Origin: an uncultured bacterium
Lineage (GTDB): Bacteria > Cyanobacteriota > Cyanobacteriia > CAKZMO01
Reading direction: 5' to 3'
Length of the DNA: 40,236 bases
Assembly: GCA_964465285.1 (NCBI GenBank)
Contig: CAYXJG010000001.1
Coordinates: forward strand, 5,655 to 45,890
Within the stretch, counting starts at the first letter, position 1. Each line of letters opens with the position of its first letter. A model generated the notes under the pieces. It had not been told where the DNA came from. It ran no database searches and saw nothing but the letters and a program-made list of their open reading frames with translations. Below, in pieces: positions 8,818 to 17,968 of the stretch. A program made the position numbers and the translations under genes.

Positions 8818-10326
8818 ATGACTGCCCCATCGCCCCTATCCAAACAGCTCGTCTGTCCAAATTGCAGCGGCAGTTTAACCTTTGACCCGCGCACGAAGCA
8901 ATTGTCTTGTTCCTACTGCGGGGCCAGTCAGGCTCTCCCAAAAACTTCAGGGGAGAAACCATCGGAGCAAAGCTTTGACGACTTTGGGGATGGGGATACC
9001 TCGTCGCCGTCGGCGCTCTCTAATACGGCAATGGAGGTTCAATGTCCGGGATGTCAGGCTCAGATTACCTTTGAACCGCCGGATGTGGCTGGAGATTGCC
9101 CCTTTTGTGGCACTCATATTGTTACTCAGCCCCAGCACGCCAATCCCACCATTGCTCCAAACGGGATTATTCCGTTTCAGTTTGGTCAGAAAGAAGCTCA
9201 GGAAAAAATTCGTCAGTGGCTAAGGACGCTCCGCTTTGCCCCGACAGGGCTGAAGAAACTGGCACAGCATGAGGACATTCAGGGGATTTACTTGCCCTTT
9301 TGGACGTTTGATTGCAACACCCAGAGCCGATACACCGGAAAGCAGGGAACGACCTACTACGTTGAGGTGTCTTATACCGAAACAGACTCGAATGGCAACA
9401 CCGAAACCAAAACTCGGCAAGAGGAGCGAGTCCGCTGGAAGGATGTGAGCGGATCGGTGTCCTATTTCTGTGATGACGTTTTAGTCGCAGCGACCTATGC
9501 CGTTGATAAAAAGCGTCTAGAAGAACTCAAGCCCTGGGATTTCAATAAATTATTGCCCTATCATCCATCGTATTTAGCTGGCTTCAAAGCGCAACGCTCT
9601 GAAGCCAATCTCAATCAGGCATTTGCGGTTGCAAAAGAAGAAGGGATTCGATCGGAGGTCTATGCGGCGATTCGGCGCGATATCGGGGGGGATCGGCAGC
9701 AAGTCAACTCGGCGCAGATAGAGTATACCGATGTGACGTTTAAACATATTCTGTTGCCCGTGTGGATTGCGTCCTATCGCTATAAGAGTCAGACATATCA
9801 AGTGGTGATCAATGCTCAGACTGGGGAGGTGTTGGGCGATCGCCCCTGGAACCAACTCAGACGCATGGCACCGGCGATCGCAGCGGGTTTTGTTGGATTG
9901 CTTGCAGTATTGACCCAGTGCGCCGACGGGATTCTCGACATGTTGCCAGAAGGGGCAGAACCCTCTCCGCCCACCCCCCAACCAACGGAGGTAATCCCTC
10001 CGGCATCGCAGCCGCCTAGTCCTGCCGCTCCATCATCATCATCCCCATCACCCGCATCCCCATCACCCGCATCCCAACCAGAACCCACCCTATCGCCGTC
10101 TGATATCGCCTTCCGAGAGGCGATTAACCGAGCAGGGCAAGCCGCCAACCTGACGCAAACGGCACAAACCCCCCAAGACTGGCAGCAGGTTGAAGCTCTG
10201 TGGACGCAATCGATTGAACTGCTGCTACAGGTGCAGCCGGATCATCCGAACGCCGAAACCGCGCGGCAAAAGGTTCAGGAATATCAGGTGAACTTGAACT
10301 ATGCGCGTCAGCAGGCAGATCAGTGA
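8818..10326 (+). CDS. double zinc-ribbon protein with one TM helix, Pro-rich linker and helical C-terminal domain
   Basis: Two CxxC...CxxC pairs (CPNCSG..CSYCG and CPGCQA..CPFCG), TM helix AIAAGFVGLLAVL and a PSPASPSPAS linker. I chose ATG 8818 over 8758. Confidence 0.6.
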   Translation: MTAPSPLSKQLVCPNCSGSLTFDPRTKQLSCSYCGASQALPKTSGEKPSEQSFDDFGDGDTSSPSALSNTAMEVQCPGCQAQITFEPPDVAGDCPFCGTHIVTQPQHANPTIAPNGIIPFQFGQKEAQEKIRQWLRTLRFAPTGLKKLAQHEDIQGIYLPFWTFDCNTQSRYTGKQGTTYYVEVSYTETDSNGNTETKTRQEERVRWKDVSGSVSYFCDDVLVAATYAVDKKRLEELKPWDFNKLLPYHPSYLAGFKAQRSEANLNQAFAVAKEEGIRSEVYAAIRRDIGGDRQQVNSAQIEYTDVTFKHILLPVWIASYRYKSQTYQVVINAQTGEVLGDRPWNQLRRMAPAIAAGFVGLLAVLTQCADGILDMLPEGAEPSPPTPQPTEVIPPASQPPSPAAPSSSSPSPASPSPASQPEPTLSPSDIAFREAINRAGQAANLTQTAQTPQDWQQVEALWTQSIELLLQVQPDHPNAETARQKVQEYQVNLNYARQQADQ

Positions 10327-10368
10327 AGTATCGGTCGTAGAGCATTCCAACCCTCTAAATCTCAATGC

Positions 10369-11547
10369 CTAGCGGCGGCGGGCTTTGCTGATCATTTTTC
10401 GGGACAGGCGCAGTTTGATGTCTTCCTTTTCCGCCCAGTCTTGCAGGAGCTTGAAAAAGGCTTGGCGATCGGTGGATTGCAGCACAGCCGTCTGGTCAGC
10501 GGTTTCGATGACGTAGGGATAGCCACTGCCAATGATGACTTCACCCCGCACCCAATCCATGACCCGATTAGCTAGACCGCTTTCATAGAGCCACACGGGC
10601 ATCTCGACCCGAGCAGGGTAGCTATCTCGGGTCGTTTTGAGATAAGTAAAGGCAATTTGGTCGCTCTGCTTGCCGTATTCACGGAGAATGCCGGAGCGAT
10701 CGCACCTGAAAATTGGTGTGCGATCGCCCCACTCCATAAACGGATTTAACAACTGAGCATCATGGATAGCAGGGCATTCCGGCAGATTGAACACCTGCTG
10801 GAGCATCACCGTCAAGTCGCGGGCATAGGAGGTGTCGATGAAGCCCACCAGGGGCACCCGGCAGGACTGACTGGTATTGAGCAGCTTCAGAAAACAGTCC
10901 ACATATTCTTTGCGGAGGTCTGCGTCGAAGGCGTCAGCAAAGGTGCCCACCAGGGAGCCATCAAAGAACACCAGGCAATCCTGGGGGTTTCGATGCTCCT
11001 CCATATACCGCACTAGGCGGTTGATTTCCATCTCAAACCGCCGAAAATTCACCCGCCGATCTGCAGGCTCTCCACTCGAAGACACCCGGAGGTCACTGGG
11101 GGTCATCACGTCCACTTCAATGTCTTTTTCGTAGCCGCCCACTTCCAAATGGGGATTCTCGAACCACCCAATCTGAATGAGGGCAACAGGCACGGACAGG
11201 TCTTTCCCTGGAAAAATTTGCGAACCGTCCACCGCAAAGGTGGTGATGTTGGTCAACCGCTGCCGCACCCAGCTCAGGCTCTGCTCCCGGTTTTCCCAAT
11301 TGAAATGGGATGAGATGACGCAGTTGGCGTGGCCCTCGGAGGATTCAAGGGCGATCGCCCCACACTCATGCCTACAAGTCCGCAGCTTCTTCTGGACTTT
11401 GTCGATAGGCCATGTGGAGATTTGATCTAGGGCACTTCGATATTTTTCGAGATAGTCCAGAGCCTTCTGGTTAAACGCCTGGAAGTCGTCACGCTTCTCA
11501 TCTAAAATGGCCTGAATCTGGGAAGGCTTTAGTGGCATAGGTCTCAT
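10369..11547 (-). CDS. NurA-like nuclease domain protein
   Basis: 392 aa. FAVDGSQI and FFDGSL acidic motifs resemble the NurA 5'-3' nuclease family. The function is inferred from recalled motifs only. Confidence 0.55.
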   Translation of the reverse strand: MRPMPLKPSQIQAILDEKRDDFQAFNQKALDYLEKYRSALDQISTWPIDKVQKKLRTCRHECGAIALESSEGHANCVISSHFNWENREQSLSWVRQRLTNITTFAVDGSQIFPGKDLSVPVALIQIGWFENPHLEVGGYEKDIEVDVMTPSDLRVSSSGEPADRRVNFRRFEMEINRLVRYMEEHRNPQDCLVFFDGSLVGTFADAFDADLRKEYVDCFLKLLNTSQSCRVPLVGFIDTSYARDLTVMLQQVFNLPECPAIHDAQLLNPFMEWGDRTPIFRCDRSGILREYGKQSDQIAFTYLKTTRDSYPARVEMPVWLYESGLANRVMDWVRGEVIIGSGYPYVIETADQTAVLQSTDRQAFFKLLQDWAEKEDIKLRLSRKMISKARRR

Positions 11548-11640
11548 ATCCCCTCAACCGCACTGTTGATCTTAATCGTTTCTTGTGTTGTCCGGCACAT
11601 AAAAATAATTTTCTTTTCAATATTCTCTTCATTTCAGTGA

Positions 11641-11749
11641 GTAGGTGGTCACAATTAACTATAAAACTCACAAATCCTGCGCTGCCCGCACAGCGGGGAG
11701 CACAGGATCTTAAGTTGGGTTTTAATTTTTAATTATGCCGAGGTACTTA
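11641..11749 (+). mobile_element. F2 MITE-like element, copy B
   Basis: GTAGGTGGTCACAATTAA...CCTGCGCTGCCCGCACAGCGGGGAGCACAGG...TTAATTATGCCGAGGTACTTA. Confidence 0.75.
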
Positions 11750-11902
11750 TCAAGGTTCAATTTCGGCTTCCTTCCCGTACCATGAAATTGGAGTTGCTGC
11801 TTTTAGGCGTGAATTTGTGTGTGGGAGGCGCGCACCGCGCTTCCCACACAGCAACGCCATGAAATTGATTTGATGTAGCGTTTTACATTCTAAGCATCGC
11901 CT

Positions 11903-12169
11903 ATGCCCTGGTTTGTCAAGATTGAAAAGGGAATCGTGAACAAGGCTGTTTTCGATCAGCATGTTCCTGCCCATAAAACCTTTGTGCAGGGACTCATTGA
12001 CAAGGGCCACCAGGCAAAAACGGGGTACTGGGCCGAGAAGGGTGGGGGAATGCTGTTATTTCAAGCTGCTGACCTGGATGAAGCGAAGGCGATTCTTGAA
12101 CAGGACCCGCTGATCTGGTCAGGTTGTGTTGACTTCGAGCTCCATGAATGGCGCATTGTGGTTGAATGA
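11903..12169 (+). CDS. YciI family protein
   Basis: 88 aa. Pattern H..F...L...G....G........G.M..F.A.....A......DP is typical of YciI-like proteins. Confidence 0.65.
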   Translation: MPWFVKIEKGIVNKAVFDQHVPAHKTFVQGLIDKGHQAKTGYWAEKGGGMLLFQAADLDEAKAILEQDPLIWSGCVDFELHEWRIVVE

Positions 12170-12202
12170 AGGAACGTTTGCGAAAGAATTAACCATCTGT
12201 CG

Positions 12203-12305
12203 AAGGAACGAGAGTTAAATAATTTGAATCAAACCTTGGTGGAGCAGCGCGGTAATGCATCGCCGCTCCATCAAAGCTGAATTGTATCTAACTCTTGGCT
12301 CTAAG
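12203..12305. mobile_element. F4 MITE-like element (degenerate right end)
   Basis: AAGGAACGAGAGTTAAATAATTTGAA...GGAGCAGCGCGG-taatgcat-CGCCGCTCC core. Related copies at 20003, 26787 and 38024. Confidence 0.6.
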
Positions 12306-12463
12306 CGATTGACAAGCTAGAGTCCTGAAATAAAAAGCCATAACTGAGAAGTAACGCAGCCTACTCCGAATCCTCAGGTCTGGCTTTTAAGTTCGAATAC
12401 GGCATCATTCAAACAGCAGCGTTGACCTACCAAGAACGCTTAATTATTCGCTTGCTTGTTTGC

Positions 12464-13051
12464 TTACTTATTAAGCTTTAGCGCAACGTCTGCAAGCTTC
12501 CTCCCAAGAGCTTCAATAGCTGCCTGCTGGGATTCATCAACTAGATTACTACTGTCATCGAAGGCCCGTGTAGCATTCGGAATCGCTTTCTGATCGGGAA
12601 TAACAAGTGTTCCAACCCCTTCCAGAATCTGGCGCAAATGATTAAGCCCTCGAAGCCCACCCAAGCCGCCAGGAGATGTTGACATTATAGCGGCAACTTT
12701 ACCCTTGAAGCAGGTCAACGATAAGGGGGCTTCTCCAGGTTCAGGCCGCGATACCCAATCAATCATGTTTTTCAACGCACCGGAAACTGATCCATTATAC
12801 TCAGGAGATGAAATCAGATATCCCTGGCTCTCTTTCATAAGAGATTTTAATTGAAGGACGGTGTCCGGAAACCCATTATCGTCAAACCAGTCCTGGTCGT
12901 ATACAGGCATTGGATAGTTCTTTAAGTCAATGCAAGTAACGCTAGCCCCTGCTACGTCGGCGGCACCTGCCGCTATTTTTACCAATTTCTTATTGAATGA
13001 TCCAGCCCTCAAACTCCCTGCAAATGCTAACACTTTCAGATGGGCTCCCAT
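12464..13051 (-). CDS. NADPH-dependent FMN reductase family oxidoreductase
   Basis: LAFAGSLR.GSFN near the N-terminus and SPEYNGS. 195 aa. Confidence 0.85.
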   Translation of the reverse strand: MGAHLKVLAFAGSLRAGSFNKKLVKIAAGAADVAGASVTCIDLKNYPMPVYDQDWFDDNGFPDTVLQLKSLMKESQGYLISSPEYNGSVSGALKNMIDWVSRPEPGEAPLSLTCFKGKVAAIMSTSPGGLGGLRGLNHLRQILEGVGTLVIPDQKAIPNATRAFDDSSNLVDESQQAAIEALGRKLADVALKLNK

Positions 13052-13161
13052 AGATTACTCCTGTTTTACATACATTTCCCTAGCTGTTGTAAACTAGCAG
13101 GTTTTCTCACACTCTTCCACTATCTAGAGTAAGAAGTGCTACAGTCTAAAAGATTCTCACA

Positions 13162-13206
13162 AACTTAAGGTAGAGCGTCAGCTAGGCTGACGCTCTACCT
13201 TAAGTT
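13162..13206. other. perfect 21-bp stem, 3-nt loop hairpin
   Basis: AACTTAAGGTAGAGCGTCAGC-tag-GCTGACGCTCTACCTTAAGTT. No flanking T-run. Confidence 0.9.
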
Positions 13207-13268
13207 CAGACAGAGCTAATCTTAAGGGTGTATTGTGAGTAAGCGTGTCGTCAGGGAAATATGTAAAT

Positions 13269-13365
13269 AAGGGACTTGCAAGAAAATAAAGTACTCGGAA
13301 AAGAGCAGCGGGCGCAGCCCGCTTCTTTTTTCTTCCGGTATCTTTTTTAGCCGCAGATCCTTAAG
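13269..13365. mobile_element. F5 MITE-like element
   Basis: AAGGGACTTGCAAGAAAATAAAG...GAGCAGCGGGCGCAGCCCGCT...TTTTTTAGCCGCAGATCCTTAAG. Related copies at 20090 and 40076, and a fragment at 13929-13957. Confidence 0.7.
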
Positions 13366-13556
13366 TTCACACGATTACTTAACACTTCCTGAAGCTCTTC
13401 TTATTTTTTTCTTAACTTTCTCTCAGGATTCACAAAGCAACTACTCAACTATCTTACCGATACTAGAAATATGTCGGTAATAGGTAAGTACGTCACTATT
13501 GCAAGCGCATCAAAATCTGTTACTGGCATGCTTAATAAGCACAGTGAGGTAACTGT

Positions 13557-13820
13557 ATGAGACGCTTTATGATTTCTGGAATTTCAATTGTTGTTCTAGC
13601 GGCCTTTGCATCACCTGCCGCCGCTTTGAGTGAGACCTATCGCAATGAGTTCTACGATGGCTTAGGGAACAAGCTTGAAGAGCGCTTTGAAGATGAGTTC
13701 TACGATGGCTTAGGGAACAAGCTCGAAGAGCGCTTTGAAGATGAGTTCTACGATGGCTTAGGGAACAAGCTCGAAGAGCGCTTTGAAGATGAGTTCTACG
13801 ATGGCTTAGGGAACAAGTAG
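13557..13820 (+). CDS. small secreted tandem-repeat protein (87 aa)
   Basis: Signal-peptide-like MRRFMISGISIVVLAAFASPAAA, followed by EFYDGLGNKLEERFED in 3.6 copies. GAGG lies upstream of the ATG. Confidence 0.5.
   Translation: MRRFMISGISIVVLAAFASPAAALSETYRNEFYDGLGNKLEERFEDEFYDGLGNKLEERFEDEFYDGLGNKLEERFEDEFYDGLGNK
13647..13817 (+). repeat. 48-bp tandem repeat, 3.6 copies, in frame inside the CDS
   Basis: Units start at 13647, 13695, 13743 and 13791. They are nearly identical apart from one silent CTT/CTC difference. Confidence 0.95.
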
Positions 13821-13883
13821 GATTAGACCTACTGAGCTGACTTGGGCTGTCCACTGATGGTCAGGAAACGTTGAGTAACAACA

Positions 13884-13920
13884 ATCAGGGGGAATCCTTG
13901 CTTTAAGGATTCCCCCTGAT
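13884..13920. terminator. 16-bp-stem hairpin between convergent genes (candidate bidirectional terminator)
   Basis: ATCAGGGGGAATCCTT-gcttt-AAGGATTCCCCCTGAT, followed by TCTTAGACGATTATCTTTTTT on the + strand. Confidence 0.55.
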
Positions 13921-13976
13921 TCTTAGACGATTATCTTTTTTAGCCGCAGATCCCTAATGGGGTTTTCGGATAGGCT

Positions 13977-15128
13977 CTAAGCAGGCGTTAATTCCTCAAT
14001 GTGAGACTCTAAAGAGTCTAGTAGTGAATCGTAAGGCCTTACAAACTTATCAATCCCTTCATCTAGCAGCTCGTTCATGACGCTATCTAAATTTATCCCG
14101 ATGTCGGGATCAGACAAGTTTTCCAAAAGAGTTTGAGCTTCGTGCGCATCTGTGATGACAGCATCGCAATTAACTGTACCATGATCACCAAAGGCTTCGA
14201 TGGTGCTGATGGGCATTGTGTTGACTGTATGCGAGCCAATGAGTTCATCCACATAGCAAACATCACTATATTCCGGGTTTTTGGTACTTGTGCTTGCCCA
14301 CAGGAGCCGCTGCATATTTGCTCCATGCTCCGCCAGATGCTTCCAGCGATCGCCATTGGCCAATTCCAGGAAGGTTTGATATGCGACTTTTGCGTTAGCG
14401 ATCGCCACCTGACCCTTTACGCTTTCCAGCTTCTTTTCAGCATTGAGATTATCGTTGCTAATTTTCTTCATTCGTTCATCGATCTGTTTATCGACTTTGG
14501 TGTCAATACGACTCAGGAAAAAACTAGCGACTGAGCTAATTTGATCGACCGGGCTACCTTGCTCGACCCGTTTTTCCAGTCCACGGATGTATGCTAAAGC
14601 TGCCTGCCGATACATCTCTACGGAAAATAGAAGGGTCACATTCACGTTGATGCCTTCGGCGATCGCCTGTTCAACAGCTGCGATTCCTTCCAAGGTTCCG
14701 GGAATCTTAATCATGACGTTATCCCGGTCAACTTCCTGGTAGAAGCGACGAGCTTCTTGCAAGGTTCCATTCAAGTCATGCGCCAAATGGGGCGAAACTT
14801 CGATGCTGACATATCCATCAATACCATCTGATTCATCATAAACAGGGCGCAGTTGATCACAGGCACGGCGGATATCATCAAACGCTAGCATTTCATAGAT
14901 ATCCTTTGGGGATAAGTTTTGGCGAATACCTTCTTCAATTGCGGGCCTGTAGGCGTCATCACCCGTCATTGCTTTTTCGAAGATACTGGGATTCGAAGTA
15001 ATTCCTCGTAGCAACTGGTTCTGGATGCGATCGCTCATCTCCCCTGAATCCAAGAACTGGCGACTCAGATAATCCATCCATAAGCTTTGTCCACAGTCAC
15101 GGAGCTGTTGAAATCTTGAGTTAGTCAT
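13977..15128 (-). CDS. tal: transaldolase (long cyanobacterial/actinobacterial type)
   Basis: GQSLWMDYLSR, GITSNPSIFEKA, IKIPGT and NVTLLFS motifs. Confidence 0.9.
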   Translation of the reverse strand: MTNSRFQQLRDCGQSLWMDYLSRQFLDSGEMSDRIQNQLLRGITSNPSIFEKAMTGDDAYRPAIEEGIRQNLSPKDIYEMLAFDDIRRACDQLRPVYDESDGIDGYVSIEVSPHLAHDLNGTLQEARRFYQEVDRDNVMIKIPGTLEGIAAVEQAIAEGINVNVTLLFSVEMYRQAALAYIRGLEKRVEQGSPVDQISSVASFFLSRIDTKVDKQIDERMKKISNDNLNAEKKLESVKGQVAIANAKVAYQTFLELANGDRWKHLAEHGANMQRLLWASTSTKNPEYSDVCYVDELIGSHTVNTMPISTIEAFGDHGTVNCDAVITDAHEAQTLLENLSDPDIGINLDSVMNELLDEGIDKFVRPYDSLLDSLESHIEELTPA

Positions 15129-15306
15129 CGTGATAATCTGCTACTTTCTACAAATTTTCTGCAAAACCCTCTGCAAGCCTTTCTACTAACAGAGGGGCAG
15201 CAATAGGGCAAATGGTACGTTGCACGAACGGCGCTTATGCCTCAAACTATGCGTACCAATAGTGTCCTAGGTAACCAAACATGAATAATCTCAAAATCTA
15301 AAAACT

Positions 15307-15335
15307 GGGGGAGTGCTCCGGAGGGGCACTTCCCC
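15307..15335 (-). terminator. candidate intrinsic terminator on the minus strand
   Basis: Minus strand reads GGGGAAGTGC-ccctccgga-GCACTCCCC followed by CAGTTTTTAGATTTT. Confidence 0.35.
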
Positions 15336-15528
15336 GGTTTCTAGGTTGAGGTTATTCATACCGACCCACTTACTCGTTCTATAAATGCAGAAGGCTCTTC
15401 TGCATAAAGGCGGCAACCCAAACCAGGGCCTGTTTGCGTAGTTGCCCTTGGTAATCGTCCATTAGAGTTACAAAAGTCTCCAGGGAAACACGTCAAATCA
15501 ATGTACTCTCGTGGTTGAGTAAGAATGT

Positions 15529-15771
15529 CTATAGCTCTGCAATGCCCTGATCATCTCCTAAACATTTGGATAAGCGTTGACGAGCATCAATATATCTAGG
15601 AAAGCCTGCAATAAAAAGGTGTTCGAGAACTGAATCCACAATATTAGAGAATCTATAGCATTGGATGAATCGTCGAATATCACTAGTCTCGAACATACCA
15701 TCCTTATCATACTGACAATCTTTTCTCGGGGTAATCCACCAATCGAGAGATATGGCGATCCTATTTGATTC
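15529..15771 (-). pseudogene. stop-bounded 80-codon frame with protein-like sequence but no 5' start (possible gene remnant)
   Basis: Hand translation gives ..ISLDWWITPRKDCQYDKDGMFETSDIRRFIQCYRFSNIVDSVLEHLFIAGFPRYIDARQRLSKCLGDDQGIAEL*. The only ATG is internal (15696). Confidence 0.3.
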
Positions 15772-15847
15772 CTATAAGGGAAAGTGAGCCCAAGGGATTT
15801 ACTAGGTGAATGCTACCTAGTATCGGAAGGCAGAAGTCAGAAGGATA

Positions 15848-15952
15848 CACAACTTGGCAAGTTTCAAGAAAAAATAAGAGTTTGGGGGGCGCGCTTCGCG
15901 CCCCCCAAACTCTTATTTTTTCGTTGTGAATTTGAGAGCCTTGCCAAGTCGT
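15848..15952 (-). mobile_element. F1 MITE-like element, copy 5
   Basis: Stem variant ATAAGAGTTTGGGGGGCGCGC-ttc-GCGCGCCCCCCAAACTCTTAT, compensated at two positions. Flanks GAAGGATAC / AAAGGATAA match 7 of 9. Confidence 0.85.
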
Positions 15953-16263
15953 AAAGGATAAAGGCAGAATGGAGATTCTTTATGTGCCAGGAGTTCTGCC
16001 TATCAAAAACAGTGGGGCTATTTACGCCGTCGAGTACTAGTTCCCTGGCAGGCGCGGTGCGCGTCATGCGCTACACCTAACCACCAATGGGCTCGATTGA
16101 GTTCTTGCTCCTCGTAGCCCATCAAAGCAACAGGGCCGAGTTGATGTGGCGCGCGCCGCGCACTACATCAGCTCGGCCGCTAGGCAACGCTCGCTTGGCA
16201 AACCACTAAATGACTTCAATTCGCAAAGCATCAGATGTTAAGGTAGGGCAGTAATTCACCTGA

Positions 16264-17595
16264 ATGTGCTGCCTGAAGCCGATCATGACTGCCACAATTG
16301 CCTCTACCCTCCACCAGGAAACTCTCTCCCTGCGCCATGATGAACTGCTGCGGGTGCTTATCCAAACCCCCAATCTGCTGATTGTTCAAGATCTGGATGG
16401 GGTGTGCATGGGGTTGGTGAAAGACCCCCTCACTCGCGTGATGAATGTGGACTACATCAAGGCGGCGCGATCGCTCTCGCCCTATTTTTATGTGCTAACC
16501 AATGGAGAGCATGGGGGAAAGCGGGGGGTGAATCGCATTGTAGAAACGTCTTTAGAAAAGGCAATGGGGGATGGGGCGATCGCCCGTCAGGAGGGCTTCT
16601 ACCTACCTGGACTGGCAGCCGGGGGCGTGCAGTGGCAGGATCGCTTCGGCACTATTCATCATCCGGGGGTGATGGAGAAAGAACTGGAATTTCTGGCCCA
16701 TGTGCCTGATCGCATTGGCGATCGCCTCTCCACCTTCTTTGACAAGCACCCGGACGCCATGAGTTCCGGCACCCTTCAGCGCTGCATCCAGTCGGCAACC
16801 CTTGATAACCGTGCATCCCCCACTGCAAACCTCAACGTCTTTTACGAACAGTTGGCAGACCGCCCTGCGCTATATGGCGATCTTCAGCAAGCGATGGCGA
16901 CATTGATGGCCGAGTTGTTGCAGGACGCGGCCCAGCAGGGCATGGCAGACTCTTTTTTTGTTCACTACGCCCCCAATCTGGGACGGGATAAAAACGGCAT
17001 GGAGATCCTGCGTCCCGTATCCAATACTGACTCTGGCACCACCGATTTCCAGTTTATGCTGCGGGGCGCAGTGAAGGAAGCGGGTGTGGTCGCCATCCTC
17101 AACCACTACTACCACCAGCGCACTGGAAGCTATCCCCTGGGTAAAGAGTTCAGTGCGCGGCAGGCTCCCCAGTCCCGTGAGGCATTGCTGGATCTGGTCG
17201 TAAAAAACTTTTCCCGCGAAGACATGCCGCTGATTGTGGGCGTGGGTGATACAGTTAACAGCACTGTAGAATTTCGAGACGGTAAGCCTGTTGTGCGCCG
17301 GGGAGGGAGCGATCGCAACTTTCTGCAACTGGTGCAAGACATTGGCTCCGAAATGGATTTGGGACACATCATCACCTACGTGGACAGCAGCGGTGGTGAA
17401 GTGCTGAACCGCAAGCCCCTTCAAGTTGAAGCCGTGACTGCCCAGGACGGATCGAACCATCCTAGAGTTATTGAAGGCCCCTGCGACCCCGACGATAAAA
17501 ATGATCCCTTGCAGCTCAACGTTGTGTTTCCAGGGGGGCACAAACAGTACATTGCTCTATTCCAGCAAGCCGCTCGGCAGCGCTCACAGCAGTAG
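16264..17595 (+). CDS. stpA: glucosylglycerol 3-phosphatase (StpA)-like HAD-type phosphatase
   Basis: LLIVQDLDGVCM (DxDG nucleophile motif), YVLTNGEH.GKRG and LPGLAAGGVQWQDR match my recollection of Synechocystis StpA. Not verified by search. Alternative start ATG 16285. Confidence 0.55.
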   Translation: MCCLKPIMTATIASTLHQETLSLRHDELLRVLIQTPNLLIVQDLDGVCMGLVKDPLTRVMNVDYIKAARSLSPYFYVLTNGEHGGKRGVNRIVETSLEKAMGDGAIARQEGFYLPGLAAGGVQWQDRFGTIHHPGVMEKELEFLAHVPDRIGDRLSTFFDKHPDAMSSGTLQRCIQSATLDNRASPTANLNVFYEQLADRPALYGDLQQAMATLMAELLQDAAQQGMADSFFVHYAPNLGRDKNGMEILRPVSNTDSGTTDFQFMLRGAVKEAGVVAILNHYYHQRTGSYPLGKEFSARQAPQSREALLDLVVKNFSREDMPLIVGVGDTVNSTVEFRDGKPVVRRGGSDRNFLQLVQDIGSEMDLGHIITYVDSSGGEVLNRKPLQVEAVTAQDGSNHPRVIEGPCDPDDKNDPLQLNVVFPGGHKQYIALFQQAARQRSQQ

Positions 17596-17617
17596 TCAGT
17601 AGGTGGCCACAATTAAC

Positions 17618-17700
17618 TTATAGCGGTGTGCAAATTGGTTAAGCACACCCAAATGTGTTGAGTGGCGGTGCAGAGCGCCGCCACTCAACACACTGTACTT
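17618..17700 (+). mobile_element. F3 MITE-like element, copy 2 (preceded by an F2 terminal fragment at 17598-17620)
   Basis: TTATAGCGGTGTGCAAATTGGTTAAGCACACCCAAATGTGTTGAGTGGCGGTGCAGAGCGCCGCCACTCAACAC. AGTAGGTGGCCACAATTAAC starts 3 nt after the stpA stop codon. Confidence 0.7.
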
Positions 17701-17702
17701 CA

Positions 17703-17805
17703 CACGACTTGGCAAGTTTCAAGAAAAAATAAGAGTTTGGGGCGCGCTAAGCACACCCTAAACCCCTATTTTTCGTTGTGAATTTGAGAACTTTGCCAAG
17801 CCGTG
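17703..17805 (-). mobile_element. F1 MITE-like element, copy 6 (stem arms not matched)
   Basis: Left arm ATAAGAGTTTGGGGCGCGC, right arm CCCTAAACCCCTAT. The termini are intact. Confidence 0.75.
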
Positions 17806-17968
17806 TAGTAAAAGCATCAATAATACCCAGCGGTTTTTGATGCCTAGGGATGAATACGCTGATGCGGCCTGTGCTTTCAGGGGGCGGGGGAACCTGCTAA
17901 ACTCACGGTGCAGATAGATAAATTGGTATGAATTGCTGCAACGTAAAACAAGCGTTCGGTGTCTTTGC

